64,000 nucleotides of DNA from Seleniivibrio woodruffii (lineage in GTDB: Bacteria > Chrysiogenota > Deferribacteres > Deferribacterales > Geovibrionaceae): positions 87,106-151,105 of the forward strand of contig NZ_SMGG01000003.1 in assembly GCF_004339245.1 (NCBI RefSeq). Direction: 5' to 3'. Position numbers and translations under genes: made by a program. Under the pieces are notes generated by a model. It did no database searches and was not told where the DNA came from. It saw only the letters and a list, made by a program, of their open reading frames with translations. Shown piece after piece: positions 40,649 through 49,331 of this stretch (within the stretch, counting starts at the first letter, position 1; every line of letters starts with the position of its first letter).

Positions 40649-40815
40649 GCTATACCTCCAAAATATAATAGAAAATAATCAATAACCTTGGTTATCTTCA
40701 AGTTATCAACTTTTGCTGAATAAGGTATACATCACGATTTTTTGACATTCAATAAGAATTTATCATGCGTAAACAAGGTTAATTAATGCTTCATGATTTA
40801 AAAACGTAGTTTTAA

Positions 40816-40837
40816 CTTTTTAGCATATGCTAAAAAG
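40816..40837. promoter_or_regulatory. Perfect 22-bp palindrome CTTTTTAGCATATGCTAAAAAG (candidate operator)
   Basis: Exact dyad symmetry within the AT-rich island, about 170 bp upstream of the satP start. Confidence 0.4.
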
Positions 40838-41574
40838 CCTATTAATCAGAACATTTGCTGATATATTAATAATAGATTCATTTTAAGTAAAACCAAAAAT
40901 ATCCAATTAAAATTACATTATGTTCTATTTTATTTTTTTCATACAAGCTGAAAAATTTTAGCCTATACAGGACATCATTTACCACCTCAGCCCCCTTATA
41001 AAAGGATTTTTACGCCATTGCTTAACCTGTAAACACTTCTGGTTAATATTTACCAAAAGCATATCTCCCATATCTGTTTCTTTCATCAAAAATACACATT
41101 TTCGGCCAGCGTTGTCAGACAGGCTTACTTTTTATACAAGAATACAAAACTTTGTTTCTTTATGATTAATATTTGACTGAAATTCCAACCAGTAAATTCA
41201 TCATAAATACCATTTTTAAAGCACTGATTGAATAACTTCGGTTTTATAACATGTTACTGCAAAACCTGCACAAAGCATTTCAAAGAGCATCTGGCATGGC
41301 ATACGCACGACACTTCATCAGGATTTTGTTAACCAGTTATTACCACCCCTTATGTGAGCGGAGGCTTGTATAACCTCTTTTTCTGTTAATGAACGATTTA
41401 ACCTTTGCGCAACTGAATTTACCCCGAATTAAAATCAGCATATCATCAATATATTATGCATACATCACACGGTATTTTATATTCTGGTTATATTTTTTCT
41501 GCCAATTTATCCTATGTTGCCAACTATTTTCTGAATTAAACAAACTATAGTTTGCGACCGAAACAATATTTTTA

Positions 41575-41603
41575 TTGACACAGGAAATAATTTGCTAAAT
41601 AAT
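41575..41603 (+). promoter_or_regulatory. Predicted sigma70 promoter driving the Phe-rich leader
   Basis: TTGACA-N17-AATAAT. The predicted TSS falls at or just before the leader ATG at 41610, so the transcript may be leaderless. Confidence 0.45.
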
Positions 41604-41609
41604 CTATCC

Positions 41610-41684
41610 ATGAATATGAACAGATTTTTTGCAGCAGCTTCATTTTTCTTTTTTGGTTTCTTTTGGTGCTCAAGCCCTGAGTAA
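41610..41684 (+). CDS. Phe-rich leader peptide (24 aa, MNMNRFFAAASFFFFGFFWCSSPE)
   Basis: 8 Phe and 1 Trp in 24 codons. Lies 30 nt upstream of a strong terminator and 110 nt upstream of the binding-protein gene. Confidence 0.6.
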   Translation: MNMNRFFAAASFFFFGFFWCSSPE

Positions 41685-41715
41685 ACCGTGGAGTTCTGCT
41701 TAACAAGCTGACAAA

Positions 41716-41749
41716 GGGCTGTGAGGAACGAACTCACAGCCCTTTTTTT
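41716..41749 (+). terminator. Attenuator terminator of the Phe leader
   Basis: GGGCTGTGAG-gaacgaa-CTCACAGCCC 10-bp stem followed by T7. The leader 3' end GCTCAAGCCC (41668..41677) can pair with the 5' arm as an antiterminator. Confidence 0.7.
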
Positions 41750-41794
41750 GTTTCAGCCTTCAAATAACATGTTTTATATATCGGAGGTATCAGG

Positions 41795-42907
41795 ATGAAA
41801 AAATCGGTTCTTACGGCACTTCTGCTTCTCGTTTCTGTCTGCGCCTACGCAGAAATAAGGATTGGCGCACTACTCGCACTCTCAGGCCCCATATCAAACC
41901 TCGGCAAACCCGGTCAGGAAATTATTGACGGTGTTGTCGAAGAGGCCAACAAAAAAAACCTGCTCGGCGACAAGATAAGAGTGATATCATACGACACCCA
42001 GTCACTGCCGGACAGAGCGCAAACCTACGCCAAAAAGCTCATAGCCAAGGACAAGGTTGACGTGATAGTCGGTCCCAACGGCACGGGCGAGGCACTGTCG
42101 GTCATCGGAGAGGCTATGTCCTCAAAAACACCGATAATGGCATTCGCAGGCGGAACCTCAGTTGTCGAACCCCTTAAACCCTACATATTCAAATCACCCC
42201 AGAAAACATCAACAGCAATCGAAAAAGCATTCAATTATCTGAAAAAGAAAGGCCTCACAAGAATTGCAGTTGCCGCTGACGCAACGGGATTCGGCCAGGA
42301 CGGTCTGGACCAGATAAACAAATATTCCTCAGGACTCACCATTACCGCCATTGAAAAGTTCAACGCAACCGACAACGACATGAGCACACAGATGTCGAAA
42401 CTGCTGTCAACAAAGCCTCAGGCAGTCGTTATCTGGACAGTGGGCAGAGCGGGCGCAATTGCAGCTAAAAACCTTCGTGCGCTTGACAAGAACATTCTTA
42501 TGGTTCAGTCACACGGCATAGCCGACAACTCATACCTTAAACTTGCGGGCGATGCCGCCGAAAACACGGTCATGCCCTCGGTTAAGCTGACAGTGGCATC
42601 AAGCCTCCCCGCAAACGATCCCCAGAAAAAGGTTATCGATGCTTTCGTAGCCAAATACGGCAAGCTCATCGATGAGACATCCGTTCACGCAAGCTATGCA
42701 TATGACGGCATAAACCTTGTTCTGTCCGCACTGAAAAAGGCAAAGGCCGAAAAGATAACACTTCAGCAGGCTCTGGAGAAGACCACTAAGTTTGTGGGTG
42801 TCACCGGAGTTTATAACATGAGCAAAAACGACCACTGCGGCCTCGACCTCTCTTCAATGGTCATGGTTCGGGTGAAGAACGGCCAGTTTGTTCTGGAAGA
42901 AATGTAA
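41795..42907 (+). CDS. ABC transporter periplasmic binding protein, LivJ/LivK (branched-chain/aromatic amino acid) family, copy 1
   Basis: Signal peptide and a Leu/Ile/Val-binding protein (LIVBP)-fold PBP, 370 aa. It is a paralogue of the next gene. Confidence 0.8.
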   Translation: MKKSVLTALLLLVSVCAYAEIRIGALLALSGPISNLGKPGQEIIDGVVEEANKKNLLGDKIRVISYDTQSLPDRAQTYAKKLIAKDKVDVIVGPNGTGEALSVIGEAMSSKTPIMAFAGGTSVVEPLKPYIFKSPQKTSTAIEKAFNYLKKKGLTRIAVAADATGFGQDGLDQINKYSSGLTITAIEKFNATDNDMSTQMSKLLSTKPQAVVIWTVGRAGAIAAKNLRALDKNILMVQSHGIADNSYLKLAGDAAENTVMPSVKLTVASSLPANDPQKKVIDAFVAKYGKLIDETSVHASYAYDGINLVLSALKKAKAEKITLQQALEKTTKFVGVTGVYNMSKNDHCGLDLSSMVMVRVKNGQFVLEEM

Positions 42908-42922
42908 TTATAAGTTTATAAA

Positions 42923-42951
42923 GGTTACGGTATCCGCCGTAACCTTTTTTT
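42923..42951 (+). terminator. Intergenic hairpin/terminator between the two binding-protein genes
   Basis: GGTTACGG-tatccg-CCGTAACC stem followed by a TTTTTTT run. Confidence 0.6.
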
Positions 42952-42962
42952 CTGGAGGATAT

Positions 42963-44075
42963 ATGAAAAAGATTCTCATAGCCGCATCTGTACTCCTTCT
43001 CAGCATATCTGCATATGCAGAGGTGAAGATAGGTGCGCTTCTGGCTCTCACAGGGCCTATCTCGAATATCGGCAAGCCCTCGCAGGAGATTCTGGAAGGG
43101 GTCATAGCCGATGCAAACAAGGCAAAGTTCATGGGCGAGCCCATAACCCTTATCACCTATGACACTCAGGGGATGCCCGACAAAACGATGCTCTTCGCAA
43201 AAAGACTCATCAACAAGGATGAGGTCAATGTCATAGTCGGCCCCACATCAACAGGCGAGGCGATGTCTATCCTCGGCTCCATTATGGAAGCCCAGATACC
43301 CACAATGGGATTTGTGGGCGGAACTCCCCCTGTTGAACCCGTCCGTCAGTACATGTTCAAGTCGCCCCAGAAAACATCAACAGCTGTTGAAAAAACCTTC
43401 GGCTATCTGAAAAAGAAAGGCCTGACAAAGATCGGCGTTGTCGTTGACGCTACCGGCTTCGGTCAGGACGGGCTTGATCAGATAAACAAATACGCCGCAG
43501 GAATGACCATCACAGGCGTTGAAAAATTCAACATGACCGACACGGATATGACAACCCAGATGAAAAAGATTCTGGACACAAAGCCTCAGGCCATAGTGGT
43601 GTGGACGGTGGGCAAGGCGGGTGCAGTAGCCGCCAAGAGTCTCCGTGCCCTTGACAAGAACATCCCCCTCATCCAGTCCCACGGCATAGCGGATTTCGCC
43701 TATACCAAGCTGGCGGGTGATGCGGCCGAAGGCTCCATTATGCCCGCTCTCAAAATAGTCGTTGCAAATCAGCTCCCCGCAAACGACCCCCAGAAAAAAG
43801 CAATCGAGCTTTTCAACAAACGCTACGGAAAGCTCATCGACGAGACATCGGTTCACGCCATCTATGCATATGACGGGCTGAACCTGATGCTGAACGCACT
43901 GAAACGCTCAAAAAATGAGAAGATAACTGTAATTCAGGCTCTTGAGACCACAAAGAATTTCACAGGCGTCACAGGAGTCTATAACCTTTCAAAAACAGAC
44001 CACTGCGGTCTGGATGCTTCTTCGCTGGTCATGGTGAAGATCAAGAACGGTCAGTTTGTACTGGAAGATATGTAA
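42963..44075 (+). CDS. ABC transporter periplasmic binding protein, LivJ/LivK family, copy 2
   Basis: GGAGGA Shine-Dalgarno and ATG at 42963 (MKKILIAASVLLLSISAYA). Roughly 60% identical to copy 1. Confidence 0.8.
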   Translation: MKKILIAASVLLLSISAYAEVKIGALLALTGPISNIGKPSQEILEGVIADANKAKFMGEPITLITYDTQGMPDKTMLFAKRLINKDEVNVIVGPTSTGEAMSILGSIMEAQIPTMGFVGGTPPVEPVRQYMFKSPQKTSTAVEKTFGYLKKKGLTKIGVVVDATGFGQDGLDQINKYAAGMTITGVEKFNMTDTDMTTQMKKILDTKPQAIVVWTVGKAGAVAAKSLRALDKNIPLIQSHGIADFAYTKLAGDAAEGSIMPALKIVVANQLPANDPQKKAIELFNKRYGKLIDETSVHAIYAYDGLNLMLNALKRSKNEKITVIQALETTKNFTGVTGVYNLSKTDHCGLDASSLVMVKIKNGQFVLEDM

Positions 44076-44082
44076 TACAAAA

Positions 44083-44113
44083 ATCCCCCTCGGCTGAGGG
44101 GGATTTTTTTTAT
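44083..44113 (+). terminator. Strong rho-independent terminator
   Basis: AATCCCCCTC-ggct-GAGGGGGATT stem followed by a T9 run. Confidence 0.85.
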
Positions 44114-44132
44114 TATCCACTCGGCATCAGCT

Positions 44133-44160
44133 GAGATTCTTCGTTACACTCAGAATGACT
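44133..44160. repeat. Dispersed intergenic repeat, copy R6 (degenerate: GAGATTCTTCGTTACACTCAGAATGACT)
   Basis: Aligns with the short subtype GAGACTCTTC...CAGAGTGAC. Confidence 0.5.
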
Positions 44161-44289
44161 CTTTTTGAACATGCCTGACTGACACACGGCAACACATTTA
44201 CAGGCATAACCAGAAGCCTTTTTTCTTTAAATTATTGTTTCATTGGTGTAGTATTTCAGAATTCTGTCATAAAATTAACGGTGATTCAG

Positions 44290-46032
44290 ATGGTCAACGG
44301 TTTCTTTCTGGGCAACGAGCTGATAGCTCTCGCCGCTGTAAATTCCGGCGTTAAAAGCGCATATGCCTATCCCGGCACTCCCTCCAGTGAAATCCTCTCT
44401 GCGTTTCAGAAGTTCGCACCAGAGCGTTACGCTCAATGGTCGCTGAACGAAAAGATAGCTCTGGAACTGGCCGCAGGCGAGGCCATATCCGGTTCTTCAA
44501 CTCTCTGCTGTATGAAAATGGTGGGACTGAACGTAGCCGCCGATCCGCTTTTCAGCGTGGCCTACACAGGCGTTGCGGGCGCAATGGTGCTTGTTTCCGC
44601 CGACGATCCCGGCCCCTACAGCAGCCAGACCGAGCAGGACAGCCGTATGTATGCGGTGAGCGCAAAGATGCCCGTTCTGGATCCATGCAACCCGCAGGAT
44701 GCCTACAGGCTGACCATGCTGGCATATGATATATCTACTAAATACAAGCTTCCGGTAATGGTGCGACCGGTTATGCGTGTCTGTCACTCCCGCCAGAATT
44801 TTGAGACTGGCGAGGCTGCGGCACAGCCCCTTCATGGGCAATTCCAAAAGGACATGCCACGCTGGGCGGCAACTCCTAAGTTCCGCCGTATTCTCCATGA
44901 AAAACTGAACAGAAGCCTCGACCTACTCGCTGCCGAGATGGCACCGAAAATACCCGAAAAGAAATACGACATGGCAGTGGTTGCCTCCGGCTATGCCTAT
45001 GCCATGGCGAAAGACATAATAGACGAACTGAATCTGCCCTTCGACATCATAAAGGTCGATATGCCCTATCCTCTGGACAGGCAGTTCGTAATCGAAACCG
45101 AGCTGGTCTACGACAGGATAGTGGTTCTGGAAGAGACCTTTCCCGTTATCGAACATAACTTTACAATAAAGACCGTCGGCAGGCTGAACGGACTTATCCC
45201 CTCCGAAGGGGAGCTGACGCCCGACATCATCGCCGACATACTGCTCACCACGGCGGGCATACAGCACGAACGTGAAAAGGCGGAGGCGGAAACCGCCGAA
45301 ACTCCCGTTAACCTGAAACCCCGACTCTGCGCAGGATGCGGACACAGACCGGCTTTCTATGCCATGAAGCTGGCGGCTCCGGACGGTATTTTCCCCGGCG
45401 ATATCGGCTGTTATACTCTGGGCATAAATCTGAACGCAGTTGACACCTGCATATGCATGGGAGCATCCATCACATTTGCAGAGGCTCTTAAACGATCCAA
45501 TCCCGAAAAACCCGTAATATGCACCATAGGCGATTCCACTTTCTTCCACACTGGAGTGACCGGACTCACCAACGCAGTTGTGAACAACGCACCCATAGTG
45601 GTTGCCATTCTGGACAACGAAACCACTGCAATGACAGGTTTTCAGCCCGTGCCCCATCTGTCGGGCAAGCTCACCATTGAGCAGGCATGCAGAGGCGCAG
45701 GAGTTAACCATATCGTCACCGTTGATCCCTATAATCTGAAAAAGGGGACGGAGGCGCTGAAACAGGCTATCGCATACGCCCACACGGACAACGCTCCGGC
45801 AGTGGTAATCTTCAACAAAGAGTGCGTTACCAAAACGAGATATAAGAACAAAAAGACGGCGGAGATCTCCGATGCCTGCACCGACTGCACCATCTGCTAT
45901 GAAAAATTTGAATGTCCCGCCATCTCCCGCAACAGGGTTAAAAGGATGGCAGAGATAGACCAGAACGCCTGCGTGGGCTGCATGGTCTGCATTCAGGTCT
46001 GCCCGATAAAGGCCATAGGGGTGAAGAAATGA
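44290..46032 (+). CDS. iorA: Indolepyruvate:ferredoxin oxidoreductase alpha subunit
   Basis: Thiamine pyrophosphate (TPP) binding domains and two C-terminal 4Fe-4S ferredoxin motifs (CTDCTICYEKFECP, CVGCMVCIQVCP). A GTG at 44281 is an alternative start. Confidence 0.85.
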   Translation: MVNGFFLGNELIALAAVNSGVKSAYAYPGTPSSEILSAFQKFAPERYAQWSLNEKIALELAAGEAISGSSTLCCMKMVGLNVAADPLFSVAYTGVAGAMVLVSADDPGPYSSQTEQDSRMYAVSAKMPVLDPCNPQDAYRLTMLAYDISTKYKLPVMVRPVMRVCHSRQNFETGEAAAQPLHGQFQKDMPRWAATPKFRRILHEKLNRSLDLLAAEMAPKIPEKKYDMAVVASGYAYAMAKDIIDELNLPFDIIKVDMPYPLDRQFVIETELVYDRIVVLEETFPVIEHNFTIKTVGRLNGLIPSEGELTPDIIADILLTTAGIQHEREKAEAETAETPVNLKPRLCAGCGHRPAFYAMKLAAPDGIFPGDIGCYTLGINLNAVDTCICMGASITFAEALKRSNPEKPVICTIGDSTFFHTGVTGLTNAVVNNAPIVVAILDNETTAMTGFQPVPHLSGKLTIEQACRGAGVNHIVTVDPYNLKKGTEALKQAIAYAHTDNAPAVVIFNKECVTKTRYKNKKTAEISDACTDCTICYEKFECPAISRNRVKRMAEIDQNACVGCMVCIQVCPIKAIGVKK

Positions 46033-46538
46033 TTCAGGGAATTATCTGCGGCAAGGGCGGACAGGGTGTCATAACCCTTAACGCCATGATAGGCACTCTG
46101 GCGGCAAACATGAATATTCCCGCAGTATCTGCGGAGACCCACGGAATGGCCATGCGTGGCGGTTCTGTGGCAACGTACATAAAGATAGGTCAGGGGCTGA
46201 GCGCATCCGTTGCGGAGCATTCGGCGGATTTCATAATCAGTCTGACAAAGGATGAGGCGCTCAGAAACCTGAACTTCATCAAAAAGGACGGAATACTCAT
46301 TGTGGACAGCGAGAAACCGCTGGACATAAAAGGGATAAGAGTTATCGCACTGCCAGCATCCGACATTGCCGAAGAAAAATTCGGCGGGTGGATATACGGC
46401 GGTCAGGTGCTGTTGGGCATCTTTCTGGGCTGTTTCGGAGCAATTGACACCGCAAAAGCTCTGGAAATCCTCAGAAACGCACCTAAAATCAGTATCGAAG
46501 CCATAGAATACGGGGTGAAACATGCACAAGCTGACTGA
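46029..46538 (+). CDS. iorB: Indolepyruvate:ferredoxin oxidoreductase beta subunit
   Basis: Begins MIQGIICGKGGQGVIT, the pyruvate:ferredoxin oxidoreductase gamma-like fold. Its start overlaps the iorA stop by 4 nt. Confidence 0.85.
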   Translation: MIQGIICGKGGQGVITLNAMIGTLAANMNIPAVSAETHGMAMRGGSVATYIKIGQGLSASVAEHSADFIISLTKDEALRNLNFIKKDGILIVDSEKPLDIKGIRVIALPASDIAEEKFGGWIYGGQVLLGIFLGCFGAIDTAKALEILRNAPKISIEAIEYGVKHAQAD

Positions 46539-47745
46539 TATTCAGCTTCTGAAACTGGGAACAACGCTTCATCACATAAAGAAGTCGAACCCTTACTATT
46601 TTTCCAGATATGAGACAGACAGGGTGACAAGCTATGAGGATCTGACGAAACTTCCCTTTATCACAAAGGATGTCCTGCGTCAGGGCTACCCCTTTGCATA
46701 TGCCTGTGCAGACATAAAAAACTGCGTGCGCATGCATATGTCAAGCGGCACCACAGGCAAGCCCATCATAAACCCCATGACCGAAGGGGACGTGAACCAG
46801 TGGGGCGAGATCATGGCACGCTGCTACACCACCGCAGGGGTGACAAGCGAAGACGTGGTACAGATAACCCCGTCTTTCGGACTTTTCAACGGCGGTTTCG
46901 GTTTCCACTACGGGGCTGAAAGGCTGAAAAGCTTCATAATACCCATGGGTGCAGGCCGCTCCATGCTTCAGCTCCAGTTCATCAAAGACCTTGAAACGAC
47001 CTGCCTCTGCGCAATCGCATCCTATCCCCTCAGGCTGATGGAGGTTGCTAAGCAGGAGGGCTTCAACTTTAAAGAGACAAAACTCCGTGTGGGCATCTTC
47101 GGTGCGGAAACATGGACGGACGGCATACGCCGCAGAATAGAAAAAGAGATGAACATCGAAACTTTCGATATCATCGGCATGACGGAAACAGGCGGAGTCG
47201 GTCTGGGCATCGACTGCAAAGACCACAGCGGAATCCACGTCTGGGACGATCACTACATAGTGGAGATAGTGGATCCTGAAACGGGTGAACCTCTGCCCGA
47301 CGGCGTTGAGGGTGAGATGGTTGTAACAACGCTGACCCGTGAAGGTCTGCCAATGATACGCTACCGCACCCGTGACATAACAAAAATAGTCAGCAGAGGT
47401 CTCTGCAAATGCGGACTGAACACGGTTAAGATAGCCAGACTGAAAGGCCGCACGGACGATATGCTGAAAGTGAAAGGGGTCAACTTCTACCCCGCACAGA
47501 TAGAATCTATCCTGATGGAGTTCACCGAACTTGGCGAGGAATACAGAATCATCCTCGACAAGAAAAAGGGCAAAGGGGATGTTACCCTTGCCGTTGAAAC
47601 AAACGGCATAAGCGACGACACCAGAGACCGTCTGGACACTACTCTGTATGATTTCCTCGGCTTCCGTGTTGACGTTCAGTACCTGAAACCGGGAACACTG
47701 GAACGCTCTCAGGGCAAAGCAATTCGGGTCATCGACAACAGATGA
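46522..47745 (+). CDS. paaK: Phenylacetate-CoA ligase family adenylate-forming enzyme
   Basis: PaaK-like motifs (MSSGTTGKPI, YGxTE region) and a C-terminal ACT-like domain. 407 aa. Confidence 0.8.
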   Translation: MHKLTDIQLLKLGTTLHHIKKSNPYYFSRYETDRVTSYEDLTKLPFITKDVLRQGYPFAYACADIKNCVRMHMSSGTTGKPIINPMTEGDVNQWGEIMARCYTTAGVTSEDVVQITPSFGLFNGGFGFHYGAERLKSFIIPMGAGRSMLQLQFIKDLETTCLCAIASYPLRLMEVAKQEGFNFKETKLRVGIFGAETWTDGIRRRIEKEMNIETFDIIGMTETGGVGLGIDCKDHSGIHVWDDHYIVEIVDPETGEPLPDGVEGEMVVTTLTREGLPMIRYRTRDITKIVSRGLCKCGLNTVKIARLKGRTDDMLKVKGVNFYPAQIESILMEFTELGEEYRIILDKKKGKGDVTLAVETNGISDDTRDRLDTTLYDFLGFRVDVQYLKPGTLERSQGKAIRVIDNR

Positions 47746-47767
47746 AACAATAAAGCCGAAAGCTATA

Positions 47768-47836
47768 CCGTCACTCTGAGGCTTATACCGAAGAGTCTCT
47801 GTCTTACATGAGACTCTTCACTCCGTTCAGAGTGAC
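47768..47836. repeat. Palindromic pair of the dispersed repeat (long copy plus inverted short copy)
   Basis: CCGTCACTCTGAGGCTTATACCGAAGAGTCTC ... GAGACTCTTCACTCCGTTCAGAGTGAC, between the convergent paaK and TRIC genes. Confidence 0.7.
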
Positions 47837-47846
47837 AAAAATGCAC

Positions 47847-48455
47847 CTATCTCTCCCCTGCTCTGGGCAGGTGAAATTCCAGCTTAAGGGTTATCATCCG
47901 CACTGCGAAAACCAGCAGCGCACTGACAGCCGCATTAAGCGACTGATCCACACCGAAATGGTGCAGTGTGCAGTAGAGCGCACCGCCTATTATGCATGCC
48001 GAGGCATACACCTCACGGGTGAGCACCAGCGGCGTGGCATTTATGAGCACATCACGGATCATACCGCCGACAGTACCCGTCATAACCCCGAATATCATCG
48101 AACCGACATAGCCCACGCCGGAGCTGAGGGCGATGTTTATACCCATCACGTTAAAAAGACCAAGCCCCAGCGCATCCATCACCACCAGAAGGTTATAGCT
48201 TCTTTTCACATGGCTGTGGAAAAGTATGACCAGCATGGCCGCCCCGATGGACAGAAACAGATAATTGGAGTCCTTGAAAACGAACGGAGGCACACGACCC
48301 AGCATTGTGTCACGAAGGGTTCCGCCGCCCACTGCCGTAACAATGGCCAGAAAGGTCACCCCGTAAAGGTCGAGTTTTTTACGCACTCCCGCCAGCGCAC
48401 CGCTGACAGCGAATGCGAAAGTACCCAAAAGATCAAGGGCATATAAAATCGTCAT
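47847..48455 (-). CDS. TRIC/UPF0126 (YadS-like) trimeric cation channel family membrane protein
   Basis: Two repeats of the glycine-rich TM motif (AVSGALAGV, TAVGGGTLRD). Confidence 0.75.
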   Translation of the reverse strand: MTILYALDLLGTFAFAVSGALAGVRKKLDLYGVTFLAIVTAVGGGTLRDTMLGRVPPFVFKDSNYLFLSIGAAMLVILFHSHVKRSYNLLVVMDALGLGLFNVMGINIALSSGVGYVGSMIFGVMTGTVGGMIRDVLINATPLVLTREVYASACIIGGALYCTLHHFGVDQSLNAAVSALLVFAVRMITLKLEFHLPRAGER

Positions 48456-49198
48456 CCCTGCTCCCCTGTTGCCGCCGCCATGACCATGTCGTTCCGGAAC
48501 ATGCGGCAGGCCAGATATGATGTTAGAATATTAACAGCAAAGATCATATACATCACCACGAGCTGATACACAATGGCTTTCAGCGGAGAAACACCCGCCA
48601 TGAGAAGTCCCGCGGCAAGCCCCGGCAGAAGCACGACACCCAGAGAAGCTATGTTGTTAAGCACGGGCATTATACCCGCCCGAACAGCCGCCACCACCGA
48701 ATCTTTTGCGGCGATTTCCATTGTCAGCCCCAGCGCAAGCATGCCCTGAATGGCCGCTATGTTCGCTTTGCATTCGGCTCTCAGCCTGTCGACGCTGATG
48801 CTGTGGGCATTCATGCAGTTGCCCACAACCATCCCCGCCACAGGCAGAATTGCGTTCATCTGAACAGGCACGGCACCGCTCAGGATAACAGGCATCAGTC
48901 CCAGCATTGACGGGATATAAATGGAAAGAAAACCCCTGATGATGTGTCCCTCTCCGGTCTTCGACCTGCCCTTTGCCGTGTATGCGGCAAAAACCGACAT
49001 AAAAGCGGCAAAATAGGTCACATGCCATACATTATTGAGCCTGAAGATATATTCCAGCACAAGCCCCATAAGGAACATCTGCACCACAGAGCGCACAGCC
49101 GCCGTGCTGATGCTTTTGTGCATGTTCAGCCCCAGCTTTTCCGATGCGATCAGGGTGAAGACCAGAAATCCGGCAATAGCGATGTATGAACCCGTCAT
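48452..49198 (-). CDS. Polytopic membrane protein, UPF0014/FetB-like putative ABC permease
   Basis: 248 aa with 6-7 TM segments. Start overlaps the TRIC stop by 4 nt. The family assignment is tentative. Confidence 0.5.
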   Translation of the reverse strand: MTGSYIAIAGFLVFTLIASEKLGLNMHKSISTAAVRSVVQMFLMGLVLEYIFRLNNVWHVTYFAAFMSVFAAYTAKGRSKTGEGHIIRGFLSIYIPSMLGLMPVILSGAVPVQMNAILPVAGMVVGNCMNAHSISVDRLRAECKANIAAIQGMLALGLTMEIAAKDSVVAAVRAGIMPVLNNIASLGVVLLPGLAAGLLMAGVSPLKAIVYQLVVMYMIFAVNILTSYLACRMFRNDMVMAAATGEQG

Positions 49199-49331
49199 TA
49201 TCCCTTCCGTTGTTTAAAGTCATTATCAGTAAAAAAAACTTACAGTTGAAATTCCATTATGTATAATCTATGATTACTTGATATACAACTCTTGTGTTAC
49301 TATATAGTTTCACATTTATTTGGTGATATAT

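Noticed and set aside
41507-41737. 76-aa minus-strand ORF inside the AT-rich island
   Set aside because: It overlaps the predicted promoter, the Phe-leader and the attenuator hairpin on the opposite strand. It has no ribosome-binding site and low-complexity composition.
40649-41794. AT-rich island as oriC (dnaA is in the window)
   Set aside because: No cluster of TTATCCACA-like boxes (only 2-3 mismatch singletons). It lies about 24 kb from dnaA and is better explained as a regulatory region.
44113-44121. DnaA-box-like TTATCCACT
   Set aside because: It is a single isolated near-match with no neighbouring boxes or AT-rich unwinding element, so it is most likely chance.
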